A stretch of DNA of 63,887 bases, the filler included, from Octopus bimaculoides (lineage: Eukaryota), in the NCBI RefSeq assembly GCF_001194135.2. It is 5 parts of 5 records of this genome, joined end to end, with 100 filler letters (N's around TTAATTAATTAA, not from the genome) between each part and the next. Parts side by side here need not be neighbours in the genome. Positions count along the whole stretch, not along the records: positions 23,480 to 50,003 come from NC_068989.1; 4 more parts are not named here. One strand, written 5' to 3'. The notes below the pieces were generated by a model, which was not told where the DNA came from, searched no databases, and saw only the letters and a program-made list of their open reading frames with translations. A program made the translations under genes and the position numbers. Shown here in pieces: positions 24,241 to 35,807 of the stretch (the first letter of the stretch is position 1; each line of letters starts with the position of its first letter).

Positions 24241-24675
24241 TAAAATAGTGTACATTTAAACACGAGAGAAATTACCTATAACAGGCAATTTCTACACACT
24301 AGCAGACAGTCAAAACGACCTAGGACCACAAAATTTAAGCAATTTCAAAGGGAATGAAAAATAAAACTTTTATCTTATTTTTAACGGTTGGACCTATAAG
24401 TTTCGAATTTTTATAGTAAATAAAATAATTTACTAGGCAAATTCTCTTCAGTAACCAGCCGTCAAAGATTAACTTATAATTATGAGACAAATCGCACGTG
24501 TCTCATCGTTATATGTTATTTTTTTCAAACCGTGAAAGCAAGGTAAAAGTTTTTATTTTTTCTTCCCATTGAAATGTTTTACTTTGTGGTTTTCGGTCGT
24601 TTTTGACTGTCTTCTAGCGTGTAGAAGTTGCCTGTTATTGGTAATTTCCCTTGTGTTTAAATGTACACTATTTTA
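24241..24675. repeat. fold-back element with ~135 bp inverted arms
   Basis: 24241-24376 (TAAAATAGTGTACATTTAAACAC...CTTTTATCTT) matches the reverse complement of 24540-24675 at roughly 85% by eye. Confidence 0.9.
24386..24456 (-). ncRNA. type I hammerhead ribozyme inside the fold-back element
   Basis: Minus strand: GGTTA-CTGAAGA-GAATTT..TAGTAAAT/ATTTACTA..AAATTC-GAAA-CTTATAG-GTC-CAACC. Helix III is ACUUAUAGGU (near-palindrome) with a GUC triplet; the first pair of helix I is an A-C mismatch. Confidence 0.75.
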
Positions 24676-24819
24676 CTATTTTATATATATATAGTTGAAG
24701 TTTATAAGAAAACAAAAGACGAAGACAGGTGTATGAACAACAAGCAAGTGTATCAGTTTGGCGCCCGCAAAAATGTAAAAGTCTTTTACGTTTCGAGCCT
24801 ATGCTAGAGAGAATGGTTA

Positions 24820-25620
24820 CTAGGATGCAAAGACACACTCATATGAATAACAGTGATTCATCAGTTCTACTTATCAACTTTGATTTAGCGAATGTATTTT
24901 CGCTCCCTCGTACCAATGTTCGCTCTGCTTATTACAAGAGAAAACTCAACACTTATAATCTTATAGCTTGGGTTGAGCAAACTAGAAAAACATATAATGG
25001 AATTCCGGAAGAGTCTACTTCAGGTAGAAATCCAAATGATTTAGCCAGTGTAGTTATCCATACTCTTAAACAAATCTTAATAGCCAGTCCAATGGCATGT
25101 TCATTAACTCTTTGATTTGATTCTTTTGTGGCCCAGAATCGCAATAAAAAATCTAACCTTATGCACTTCAGCATTTCTTAGAGAGAACAGTACCCAGTAT
25201 ATCACATACATATTGTGAGTCTGGGCATTGAAATATAGAGGATATTGACAATTTACGCTCTTGCATTGAAAGACATCTGAATGGTTTGGACATACATTTA
25301 TCTGTATCTCTTATACCTCTGTTAAAACAATTCTCACCAACTAATTTGCCGATATATGTAGATTTAATGTCTGACTATGAATTTTATGATTACAAAACTT
25401 ACAGTCATAGTGGAAATTATACTGGAGCCGTGTATTTTAGTGCTAATGAGATTACATATAAAAAACTCTAATCTTTATAGATTTGCAATTAGAAACTTGC
25501 TAACCCTAGAAGCTGAAAAATCAATTATGAATCTGTTAAAGAAAGTGTCATTGAGAAAAAACGTAAGTCAAGCCACTAACAACCCCAAAAAACTTCCGAT
25601 GCTGTGCTAATATCAGGAAG
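24820..25620 (+). mobile_element. Sola-like DDD transposase remnant
   Basis: INFDLANVFSLP...YYKRKLNTYNL...SGRNPNDLAS...LTL*FDSFVAQNRNK...SGH*..EDIDNL..CIERHL resembles the Sola1 motifs FDLQ..L.xP / YYKRKL..YN / GRG.NEIAS / SDSC.GQN.N / GHS..D..H..IE. Confidence 0.7.
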
Positions 25621-27363
25621 GAGAAAACAGATTTGAATTTATTGCTCATACATATGGATGGTGATGATTACACCATCATGCCCTCACTTGTTACAAAAGC
25701 ACTGTCCCAAGTAAGACAGATAGCAAAATAAAACATTTTTATTAACAAATAATCTACTTCATTTTTTCTTGCTCTAATATGCAGTCAAATATTCTTTTCT
25801 ATTCTAGGCACAAGACCCGAAATTTTGGGGGAGGGAGCCAGTTCATTACACCGACCCCAGTACACAACTGGTACTTAGTTTAACGACCCCGAAAGGATGA
25901 AAGGTAAAGTTGACCTCCGCGGAATTTGAACTCGGAGCGCAAAGACAGACGAAACACCGCTAAGCATTTCGCCCGGCGTGCTAACGTTTCTTATTTCTTT
26001 ATTGCCCACAAGCGGCTAAACATAGAAGGGACAAACAAGGACAGACAAAGAGATTAAGTCGATTACATCGACTCCAGTGCGTAACTGGTACTTAATTTAT
26101 CGACCCCGAAAGGATGAAAGGCAAAGTCAACCTCGGCGGAATTTCACCTCAGAACGCAAAGACAGACGAAATACCGCTAAGCATTTCGCCCGGTGTGCTA
26201 ACGTTTCTGCCAGCTTACCGCCTTGTAAGCAGTCAACTATCGAAAATATTTACTTGACTTTAGCTTAGCTGTAGCGTATTACATAATTATTTCAATGTTA
26301 TTGAAATCTTTCAATGTTATTAATTGCGGTGTCAGGAGTGTGAAAATATATTAGATATTAGGTGTCAAGGCAAAAAATTGTTAATAGTTGGTCCCATGTA
26401 CTTTGCCGTTCACTGTTGAGGTTTTGTTAATGAGGCATCAATGTATTCAAAGAGACTGTGCAGACATGAAACACTCCTCATGCTCTCGCAAGCGGAAATT
26501 TGTTCCACTTCTATGAAAGTATGTGTATGATGGTTTGTGATTTATCCATCATAGAAAATTAACAGTATGCATTTACTAAAAGGTGTCACTATCTTACATT
26601 TCATATTTTTTTGACATTATAACTTAGGGTTTGAAGCTATAAGACTTAATAAATTATTCTGAGCAAGTAAATTATTTAAGCTGTACATTATAAAACCGGG
26701 GTATGCTATAAAATGAAAACCTGGTGTGTCAGAAAAGAATGGATGCCATATTTGAAATCAGTATCACAAAATTAACCGAAGTCAGCAAAAAAAAAAAAAA
26801 AATCCTGTTAGCCAGTGTTAGTTATTCTGCATTGTACACCATTTAATTACCCATAGGATACTTCATAGACAACATTATAAATGACATTATAAATCTCTGA
26901 CATAGCTGTTGTTCTGAAAGTTTACTGTAACGCGCTCTCAACACGTCACGCCACTTCAGTCCCTTTTTAATTTTTCTCCTCCTTCCACATAGTTTTCTAT
27001 GTCAATGAACAATAACCAAATGGGTTTATCTAGAACGCAGAGCTAGTGATATACCTTCAACATACATGACATCTGAGCCGTAAAGTCACCTTACAATCCA
27101 TGCATTTATCTTTATAGTCCCTTTGGTGGTATAAACTGAAACAATGAAACAAATAACAAACGAAGCGTGTGATGAAATGAAATAAGAAAGTAGAAACGAT
27201 TCAAGCATTAAATATTAAGGAAGAGAGAAAGTAATTGGAGACGGGAAAACGGGGTTTTGGTTGTGACATTAAACAGCATTTAAATCATTAATAAATATCA
27301 AATGAAATTTTTTTTTCTGGTTTTATTGACTGAATTACTACAAATCCCAGTGTACAGTTATGA

Positions 27364-27407
<44 letters not shown>

Positions 27408-27675
27408 NNNNNNNNNNNNNNNNNNNNNNNNNNNNNNNNNNNNNNNNNNNNNNNNNNNNNNNNNNNNNNNNNNNNNNNNNNNNNNNNNNNNNNNNNNNNN
27501 NNNNNNNNNNNNNNNNNNNNNNNNNNNNNNTATATATAACAATTGCAGCGTAGAAGGTGGTTAAAAGCCATTTAAGAAACACGCAAAAACCGTTAGATTC
27601 ACATCAACATTTAACTTGCCAAAATATTTTCGTCGCTTTGAGACCGCGAACTGTTCACTAACAAAATTCCGTGCT

Positions 27676-28972
27676 GTTTCAGCTGCAAAGCTGCGGTCAT
27701 GCTAGAACACCACCGTTGACTGAGCTATACCATTGTTTGAAACCTCCTCTGATATGTAGCATTTAGTCAATGAGGGAGTTTCATGCTGCTACCTTCATGT
27801 TTGTTTTCTGGCGTGAGTTAGGCTCGTCTGGAACCCGTAATAGGAAGAGATCCAGTTTTGTTTTTAAGACACTTACATCCACACCATGCAGGTCTTTCAG
27901 GCATTTTGGAAGGACTTTAATGAGCTGTAGGCCCTTGAAGATCAAGCTGTTGCAGTATCTGGTCCTGTATTTTGATAGCGATGCTGGGATCTTTGGCATT
28001 ATGCCGTGGCACCCCGTTCTGCAGTTTGAGTAACTTTCAATCCAAAGTTTGGTACAAGGCCTTCTAGGATTTTCCAAATGTATATCATTGCATGTATCTC
28101 TCGCCTTCGTTCCAGGGAGAAGAGTTTTAATTCTTTCAGTCTTTCCCAATAGCTGATACGTTGCATCGAGATGATTTTTTTAGTATAGTTTCGTTGGATT
28201 GCTTCGAGTTCCGCCGTGGAATTTTTATTTTGTGGTGTCCATAATTTGGAGTAATAGTCTAAACGGCTGAGAACGTATGTCCTCCAAAGGATCATCAATG
28301 TCTCCTTTTCTCTTGTTTTGAAAGTTCGGAGGATCCAGCCAGGCAGCCGTCTGCATTTTGTTATCAAATTGGTAATATGCACTTGGAAAGATGCATCATT
28401 GCCCATGTCAATGCCCAGGTCACGCACTGATTTTGATTCATGGATTTCAATTCCTCCTGGGCCAGTATATCCTGTCTGCATGTCGTTTAGCTTTGTGTGC
28501 TGGTAGCGTAGAGCCCGGAATTTTTCTGCATTAAACTGCATGTTTTCGTCAGCCCACCTATATATTGCGTCTAACTCTCGTTGCAGATGTGCTATATTTC
28601 CAGGATTTTGTATTGTCTGGGAAACTTTTGTGTCATCTGCATAGCAATTGTGGCTATCTGAGCAGCCGAGGGCATCTCTGAGAGGGCCAATATGAACAGC
28701 AGTGGCCCCAAGACAGTGCCTTGTGGAACATTACTTGCTTTTTGTGTTTCCTTGGAGGTAGTTCCATTGGCCACTACTGCCTGACGTCTATCCTTTAGAA
28801 AGTTGTGCAGCCATTCTCCAAGTTTCCCGCATGTGCCGAGATCGCGCAATTTGTGACATGTCATACCATGGTCAACTTTATCAAAGGCTTTTGCAAAGTC
28901 GAGATATATCACATCCACGCTTGAGTCACTCAGCTGTTCCAACACCCAGTCGTAGTGTTGCAGGAGCCGCGT
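27676..28972 (-). mobile_element. 5'-truncated CR1-type LINE, RT C-terminus to 3' tail (same family as 1455-2495)
   Basis: QLLQHYDWVLEQL...YLDFAKAFDKVDHG...PQGTVLGPLLF...MQFNAEKF...RDLGI...LSRLDY..KLW...LEAIQR...SYWERLKELKLFSLERRRE; frameshifted. The tail GGTGGTGTTCTAGCATGACC...CTGAAAC lies at 27676-27714. Confidence 0.9.
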
Positions 28973-29290
28973 CTGACATCCACAGCTTGTCTAGAAATTC
29001 GTTGTTTCCGTTTATGTTTTCCGTAATTTGTTGACAGAATTCTAATCGCAATTGGTGATCGTTCTCCTTCAGTTCTTCAATGATTTGCAGCTTGTTCGGA
29101 TGAAATTTTAAGTCAAAATGGAGAATTCGTCGAACACTCTTATGAGCCAACCTTACTGTTCTTGCTTGTTTATGAGCTGAACGCTGTGGGTTCCGCAAGA
29201 CAGAAACGCGTAGAGCCTCAATATTCTGTGGCGCTTTTTGTTCAACGTGTCGATTTTTTTTTTTAAGAACTGATCCAGTTCCTTCAGAAA
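28973..29290 (-). mobile_element. Tc1/mariner-superfamily (maT/DD37D-like) transposase fragment
   Basis: ENIEALRVSVLRNPQRSA...VRRILHFDLKFHPNKLQIIEELKENDHQLRLEFC...LWMSD, cut at the first catalytic Asp by the LINE junction. Confidence 0.75.
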
Positions 29291-30636
29291 TATTGAAAGT
29301 GCAAGGGAAAATTAGAAAAAAAAAACTGCTTAAATATGATCAAATGTTCAAGCGAAATTCAATATGGAAAACGTTTCACGGACATAGACTGTAATAGAAG
29401 TTCAAATGCTCGAAGAATTTTATAACAGTCATACGTTATTGAAAGTTCAGTAACATTGAGTTATATTAGCAATTAAATACGATGGATTTTATAAGCGTAA
29501 AGCCAAAAAATAAAAAAGATGAAAAAAGTTATTTTCTTTTTACAATTTCCCTCGTAATGCATGAAGGAGGAATCTTTGTCACTAGTTTTACTGGTAAGAG
29601 CTTGAATAGTCTTAAGCTGCAAGTGCTTTGTATGTACAGGTTTTTAAGGTAAAGATCAACTACAGATTGGTTGTTAATTTAATGGTGTCACTTATTTATG
29701 TCCTCCTGCGGTTTCTAGTATTTTTACTGACCAACTGCCTGAATATATTCTGGTCAAATATTTTGGTTTGACTAGTAGAAATTCCGTACACTGGTTGGCT
29801 GATTTCGTTTTTATCAAAAGTCTTGGTAACTCATTTTTTTCTAACGGTCGCCCGGTTGACTGAATCCCTTAAGAAGCCAATGGTCTCGGTCAGCACAATG
29901 TTCAATTGTTTTTTTCTTCTTCTTCGGGTGCTACGGTTTTGTCAAGAAAAAAAATCTAATTGGTTAAGCCTAGGGTGACGTCGTCAACTGGAGTTTGAGA
30001 AGATGCAAGGTGTTATTGTACAGTTAATGTTTCCAATCCCAGGGGCAGCTCGGTATTAAACTTTGATTTATGTTTGTTGTTTCTTGTCGTTTTTCATGAA
30101 TAAATTGAGTTTTCTCATCCTGGTGTGTTGTTTAGTGTGTTTACTTGCGGTTTATATTCCCTCATAAACTTATTTCCCTATTTCAATCGGAATTGGGTTA
30201 AAGTGTTTCTGGTGCATTGATATTGATGTAACATTTGGTATTTGATATTTGGTCCTGGAGTACTGGTCTTGATGTTTACTATCGGGAATTTTCATAGATG
30301 TGGTATCATAAATCTGTTGACGATGTACCGTCATTCGGTCTCTGAAAAGCAAGCTCGTTTGGCCTTTGTAATCGCTTGGCCGCTACAGAATGTGCAAAAA
30401 CGGCAGACATCAGATAATTATGAAAATCAAGAAAAACACTTTGACATACTTAAAACTTTACCGTATATATCAACACACCAACGAAAAAGCATGGAAGCAT
30501 ACAAGATGATCCATATGAATATACCCCTTTTGACGGAGGACCTGAAAATGATAAAAACCACTAGAAACATAAAATTTTAAAACTACCACACATTTTAAGG
30601 CTCAGATACATTTTCAATCCCCAAACCAACCTTCCC

Positions 30637-30680
<44 letters not shown>

Positions 30681-31699
30681 NNNNNNNNNNNNNNNNNNNN
30701 NNNNNNNNNNNNNNNNNNNNNNNNNNNNNNNNNNNNNNNNNNNNNNNNNNNNNNNNNNNNNNNNNNNNNNNNNNNNNNNNNNNNNNNNNNNNNNNNNNNN
30801 NNNNNNNNNNNNNNNNNNNNNNNNNNNNNNNNNNNNNNNNNNNNNNNNNNNNNNNNNNNNNNNNNNNNNNNNNNNNNNNNNNNNNNNNNNNNNNNNNNNN
30901 NNNNNNNNNNNNNNNNNNNNNNNNNNNNNNNNNNNNNNNNNNNNNNNNNNNNNNNNNNNNNNNNNNNNNNNNNNNNNNNNNNNNNNNNNNNNNNNAGCCT
31001 CGGGCCGACCAAAGCCTTGTGAGTGGATTTGGTAGACGGAAACTGAAAGAAGCCCATCGTATATATGTATATATATATGTATGTGTGTGTATATGTTTGT
31101 GTGTCTGTGTTTGGTCCCCCCCCCCCACATCGCTTGACAACCGATTCTGGTGTGTTTACGTCCCCGTAACTTAGCGGTTCGGCAAAAGAGACCGATAGAA
31201 CAAGTACTAGGCATCCAAAGAATAAGTCCTGGGATCGATTTGTTCGACTAAAGGTGGTGCTCCAGCATGGCCGCGGTCAAATGACTGAAACAAGGAAAAG
31301 AGTAAAAGAGTGTGTGTGAAGATCGGCTGCTAAACAGTTTCTGTCTCTCAAATTTACTCATAAAGCATTTGCTTGATCCGAGATCTACAGTAGAAAACAC
31401 ATACCCATAGTGCCGTGCGGTGAGACTGAGCTAGAAACCTCGTGGCTGCAAGACAAGCTTTTAACTATAGAGTCATGCTTGCGACTATGCTAGAATTTCA
31501 GTTTCTTCTTTATCTCTTTATCTGGATCACCGCCTTTAGTCGAGCAAATCGTCCTCAGGACTTATTCTTTGGAAGCCTAGTACTTATTCTTTCGGTCTCT
31601 TTTGCCGAACCGCTAAGTTACGGGGACGTAAACACACCACCATCGGTTGTCGAGTGATGTTGGGGGGACAGACACAGACACACAAACGTATACACACAC

Positions 31700-31730
<31 letters not shown>

Positions 31731-32639
31731 CGACGGGCTTCTTTCAGTTTTCGTCTACCAAATCCACTCACAAGGCTTTGGTCGGCCCGAGGCTATAGTA
31801 AAAGACACTTGTCCAAGGTACCGCGCAGTGGGAATGAACCCGGAACCATGTGGTTAGTAAGCAAGCTACTTACCACACACCCACTCCTGCGCCTATACAC
31901 ACGCACACAAATACATTATTTACATTTGACGGATATTTTTCCTCATCTTGTTTGTTGTTAACTCTTAAATATAGAACTGTCTTTCCCAGATACTTTCATT
32001 ATGTACTTTACTATATTAATTCTTAACAGATATTGTCTATATGTTATTCCATCGTTTGTTCATGCATACGATTCGGTTAAAGTTATTCTTGTCTTCGATA
32101 CGTCGAAGTGGGCAATTCCATATATATATATTTTTTTTAGCCTTTTATCCATTTTACACTGTTTATTGTGTAACATACAATTCAGGCATTATATCTAGAG
32201 CCTCGTACGAAATAAGTAAATATTGTAGTGTTGTGTATATTGTGCTACATGAAGTAAACACAGAAAGTTTTGTATAATGCACTGCTTTCTATGGAATTAA
32301 CATGACAGGCGTTGTTTAAATTACTTTGCGGAAATAAATAAAGCATTTTGATATACATAAGATGAGTTCAAATCCTACTGAGATGAACTTTGCCTTACAT
32401 ACATTCAACGTCGATGAAATAAAGTACCAGTTAAGTACTCGGTGATTGGTATCGACTTACCCCCTCTACTCAAAATGATTAATCTCTCGCCTGAATTAGA
32501 AGCCATTATATATTTTTCAGCAATTTATGTTAGTGATTCTTGGGGCCCTGTACTGCATATACTTTATACAGTACGATATTCTGTTTTTATATGTACGTAC
32601 AGTACACTATACCTATAAAAAAAAATACGTACCCTATGA

Positions 32640-32717
32640 ATATTCGTTTAACGACGAATTTGCATAACGACGGGGCTGTTGGAACGTAACTCGGTCGTTA
32701 AATGAGGGCAGCCTGTA
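32640..32717 (+). mobile_element. Tigger/pogo-like 3' terminal fragment
   Basis: TTCGTTTAACGACG...GGAACGTAACTCGGTCGTTAAATGAGGGCAGCCTG-TA resembles Tigger termini. Confidence 0.45.
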
Positions 32718-34170
32718 GAGTAATTTCGAAATTTAGAAAAAGAGAAGAAACCTGTAAACAGAACATGTTTATCTAACAGCGACAGGTTGGTATTTTATAC
32801 TTATCAGGTCTCATTTAACTTTAACGTAGTCAAATAGTACATTCTCTCTGTAAGTATCGATAATCATTCATAATATGACGTTGTGCGGTAAATACACAGA
32901 CGTAGTTCCTTTTAATATCTGTTATGGAATCGTTATATGTTTAGGAATCATTTATAATATATTGGTTTCAAATTTTGGCACAAGGCCAGTAATTTCGGAT
33001 TACTAAGTCGAATACATTGACTCCCCCTCCCCCAGTGCTTAACTGCTACTTATTTTATAGACAGCAAAAGAATGAAAGGCAAAGGCAAAGGCAAAGTCAA
33101 TCCTGGCTGCATTCGAACTCAAAACGTAAAGACAGACGGATTGTCACTAAGAACTTTGCCCGGCGCGCTGATGAGTCTACCAGCTAGCCGCCTTACTCAG
33201 AGAAAGCCTAGCGACGTATGATTATGTTTCTTTACATTTGATTCCAAACGAGATGAACATTACATTTTCTCTCTGGAATTAAAGAAATAAATTATCATTC
33301 AAGCAATTATGCTCTACCTCAATATATTTGCTACTGTACTTCAGTTAGAATCCAATACGAACTACACGGATTGTTACACTCAGTGAAATCTTTATATTTT
33401 ATCATGGTAGAATGAGTTTCGAGAGAGAAATTTGGCTGCAAATTCTACGAGGACTCCTACGTAGGCTTATCTGGTTGGCTTGTGAACAAAGAACAATTTA
33501 ATATAAGTTTAATTAGCACAAAAGTAATTAGGTGTAGTAATGTAAAATATGAAACAGTCATATATATTAGATGTAACAGGTGGAATAAAATATCGATATC
33601 AACTCGACTATAATATTCAAAGAGCTGTCATATCTATTCATAAAACAAACATCTAGAATATTTAATAAAAGACATGGCTGTGTACTAAAAAGCTTGCTTC
33701 CTAACCACGTGGTTCCAAGTTGAGTCCCACTTGCGTAGCACCTTAGGCAAGTGCATTTTACTATAACATCGGGCCGAACAGCCTTGTGAGTGGATTTCAT
33801 AGATGGAACCTGAAAGAAGCTTGTCGTGTGTGTATATATNNNNNNNNNNGAGGAATATATTATTTTGTTTAAAAGAGTTCCAACACTGTCTGTTTTTTAT
33901 GTTTTATTTATATTCCTGCAGAACCAATGTGGGGTATAGAATATGGAATATACAATATATAACATAAAATAAAATAAAATAAAAATGGATGGCACCATGA
34001 AATAAAGTATTGAATGTAGATGAAATATTGAGTGTTCAATATAAAGGATCAAATATATAAATATAAATATAAATATATAAAGGCGACTTGAGTTTCAGGG
34101 CTATTTCCCTTCACCATGGCCGGTATGACAGACTTTATATATATATAAGAGATGAAAGTAGTAATTAAAG

Positions 34171-34518
34171 TTAATCAGGCAGGTCTTCCGCCAGCTGGTT
34201 ATAGGTGCAGCCTGCACTCTGTATATATTGTAAGCAAGGGAGTGAAACCCTAACATCCTCCAATAGACGACGGTGTCGCGAGAACGACATGGTTTCGGAC
34301 TATTTCTGTCTATTCTCAGTCGCGAACACACGACGGCTAGAGAGATGGTAAGAGTCCGCTCAAGCTCGCAATATTTAGAAAGCAAAGCGACCATCGGTCA
34401 CTAATTTGCAATCATATCGTCTGCTCGAGGATGGTAAGGATTCGATTCCCTGTTTATAATATATACAGGGTGCACGCCGCACCTATAACCAGCCGGCGGA
34501 AGATCTTCCCAGGATTAA
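34171..34518. repeat. CpG-rich inverted-repeat element with ~100 bp arms
   Basis: 34171-34270 matches the reverse complement of 34417-34518 (core TCTTCCGCC.GCTGGTTATAGGTGC.GC.TGCAC.CTGTATATATT.TAA) at about 75-80% by eye; the spacer is 146 bp. Confidence 0.85.
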
Positions 34519-34567
34519 AACGGTAGTAACATCGAACAGAAATATTGTTGTGGTGATTCACTTTACT

Positions 34568-34607
<40 letters not shown>

Positions 34608-34612
34608 TGCGT

Positions 34613-34654
<42 letters not shown>

Positions 34655-34844
34655 CCGTGTATGTGCGCATGTATGTGTATGTGTGCTTGCGTTTGTCCCC
34701 TACCATCGCTTGACAACCTGTGTCCGTGTGTTTACATCACCGTAGATGAGCAGTTCGGTAAAAGAGACCGATAGAATAAGTACCAGACTTAATAAGAAAA
34801 GGCAAAAAAATGAACTGGGCTCGATTCAGTCGTTAAAGCATTCT

Positions 34845-34890
<46 letters not shown>

Positions 34891-35807
34891 NNNNNNNNNN
34901 NNNNNNNNNNNNNNNNNNNNNNNNNNNNNNNNNNNNNNNNNNNNNNNNNNNNNNNNNNNNNNNNNNNNNNNNNNNNNNNNNNNNNNNNNNNNNNNNNNNN
35001 NNNNNNNNNNNNNNNNNNNNNNNNNNNNNNNNNNNNNNNNNNNNNNNNNNNNNNNNNNNNNNNNNNNNNNNNNNNNNNNNNNNNNNNNNNTATCTGTCTG
35101 TCTATCTGTCTGTCTGTCTGTCTGTCGTCTGTTTGTCTGTCTGTCTATCTCTCTCTCTGTCTATCTATGTGTGTGTGTGTCTGTCTATTTGTCTCTCTGT
35201 CTCAATATCTCTATATATATTTGTATGTATGTAAGTATGTATGTACGTACGTATGTATGTATGTATGTATGTATGTATGTATGTATGTATGTATGTATGT
35301 ACATCTATGTGTCTATCTTTATATTTATCCCGCACAAAACGTAACATACATATGAATTCATACATATCAGTATTTTCATTGAATCCGTCTGAAGTGTTTT
35401 ACTTTCCCCACACCTTCCAATTCCCTATCTCTCCCTTCTGTTACACGACTCCTCCTCTTCCTATTTTTTCTCCTCTTGTCTCTCTCTCTCTCTCTCTCTC
35501 ATGCGCACATACTCTCACACAAACACACACATACACACATATACAAAACAAACGAATAAACAAACGCACTCACATATACACTTAAAAACATCCTCATACA
35601 TCCGAACTTATATACATAATAACGGAAACTTATATTCGAGTGATGAATTTCCCTTAACGCCGGATGATGTAGGATCGACAAGATTTATATACGTTTGTGG
35701 CTGATTAATATATTTAGTGTATGTGTTAATATTAAAGCTGCCTGCATTCAGCTTGACTTCGTTCGAGACGAGATAGCTTAGGCGAGAGAGAGTCAGCGAC
35801 TACGAAA

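Noticed and set aside
24785-24810. Minus-strand AGC-ATAG-GCTC-GAAACGTA-AAAG, the 3' half of a minimal hammerhead
   Set aside because: The CUGANGA core is absent, apparently truncated at the junction with the Sola-like relic.
27615-27665. Minus-strand TCGC...GCGAC-GAAA hairpin resembling helix II
   Set aside because: There is no CUGANGA core and no valid helix III/NUH.
29690-30590. Possible third, decayed 7TM paralog (CFWCI, IFGPGVLVL and other hydrophobic stretches)
   Set aside because: It lacks the diagnostic TM3/TM4 motifs, and a T-rich strand yields hydrophobic translations by chance. A tblastn with the two receptors would settle it.
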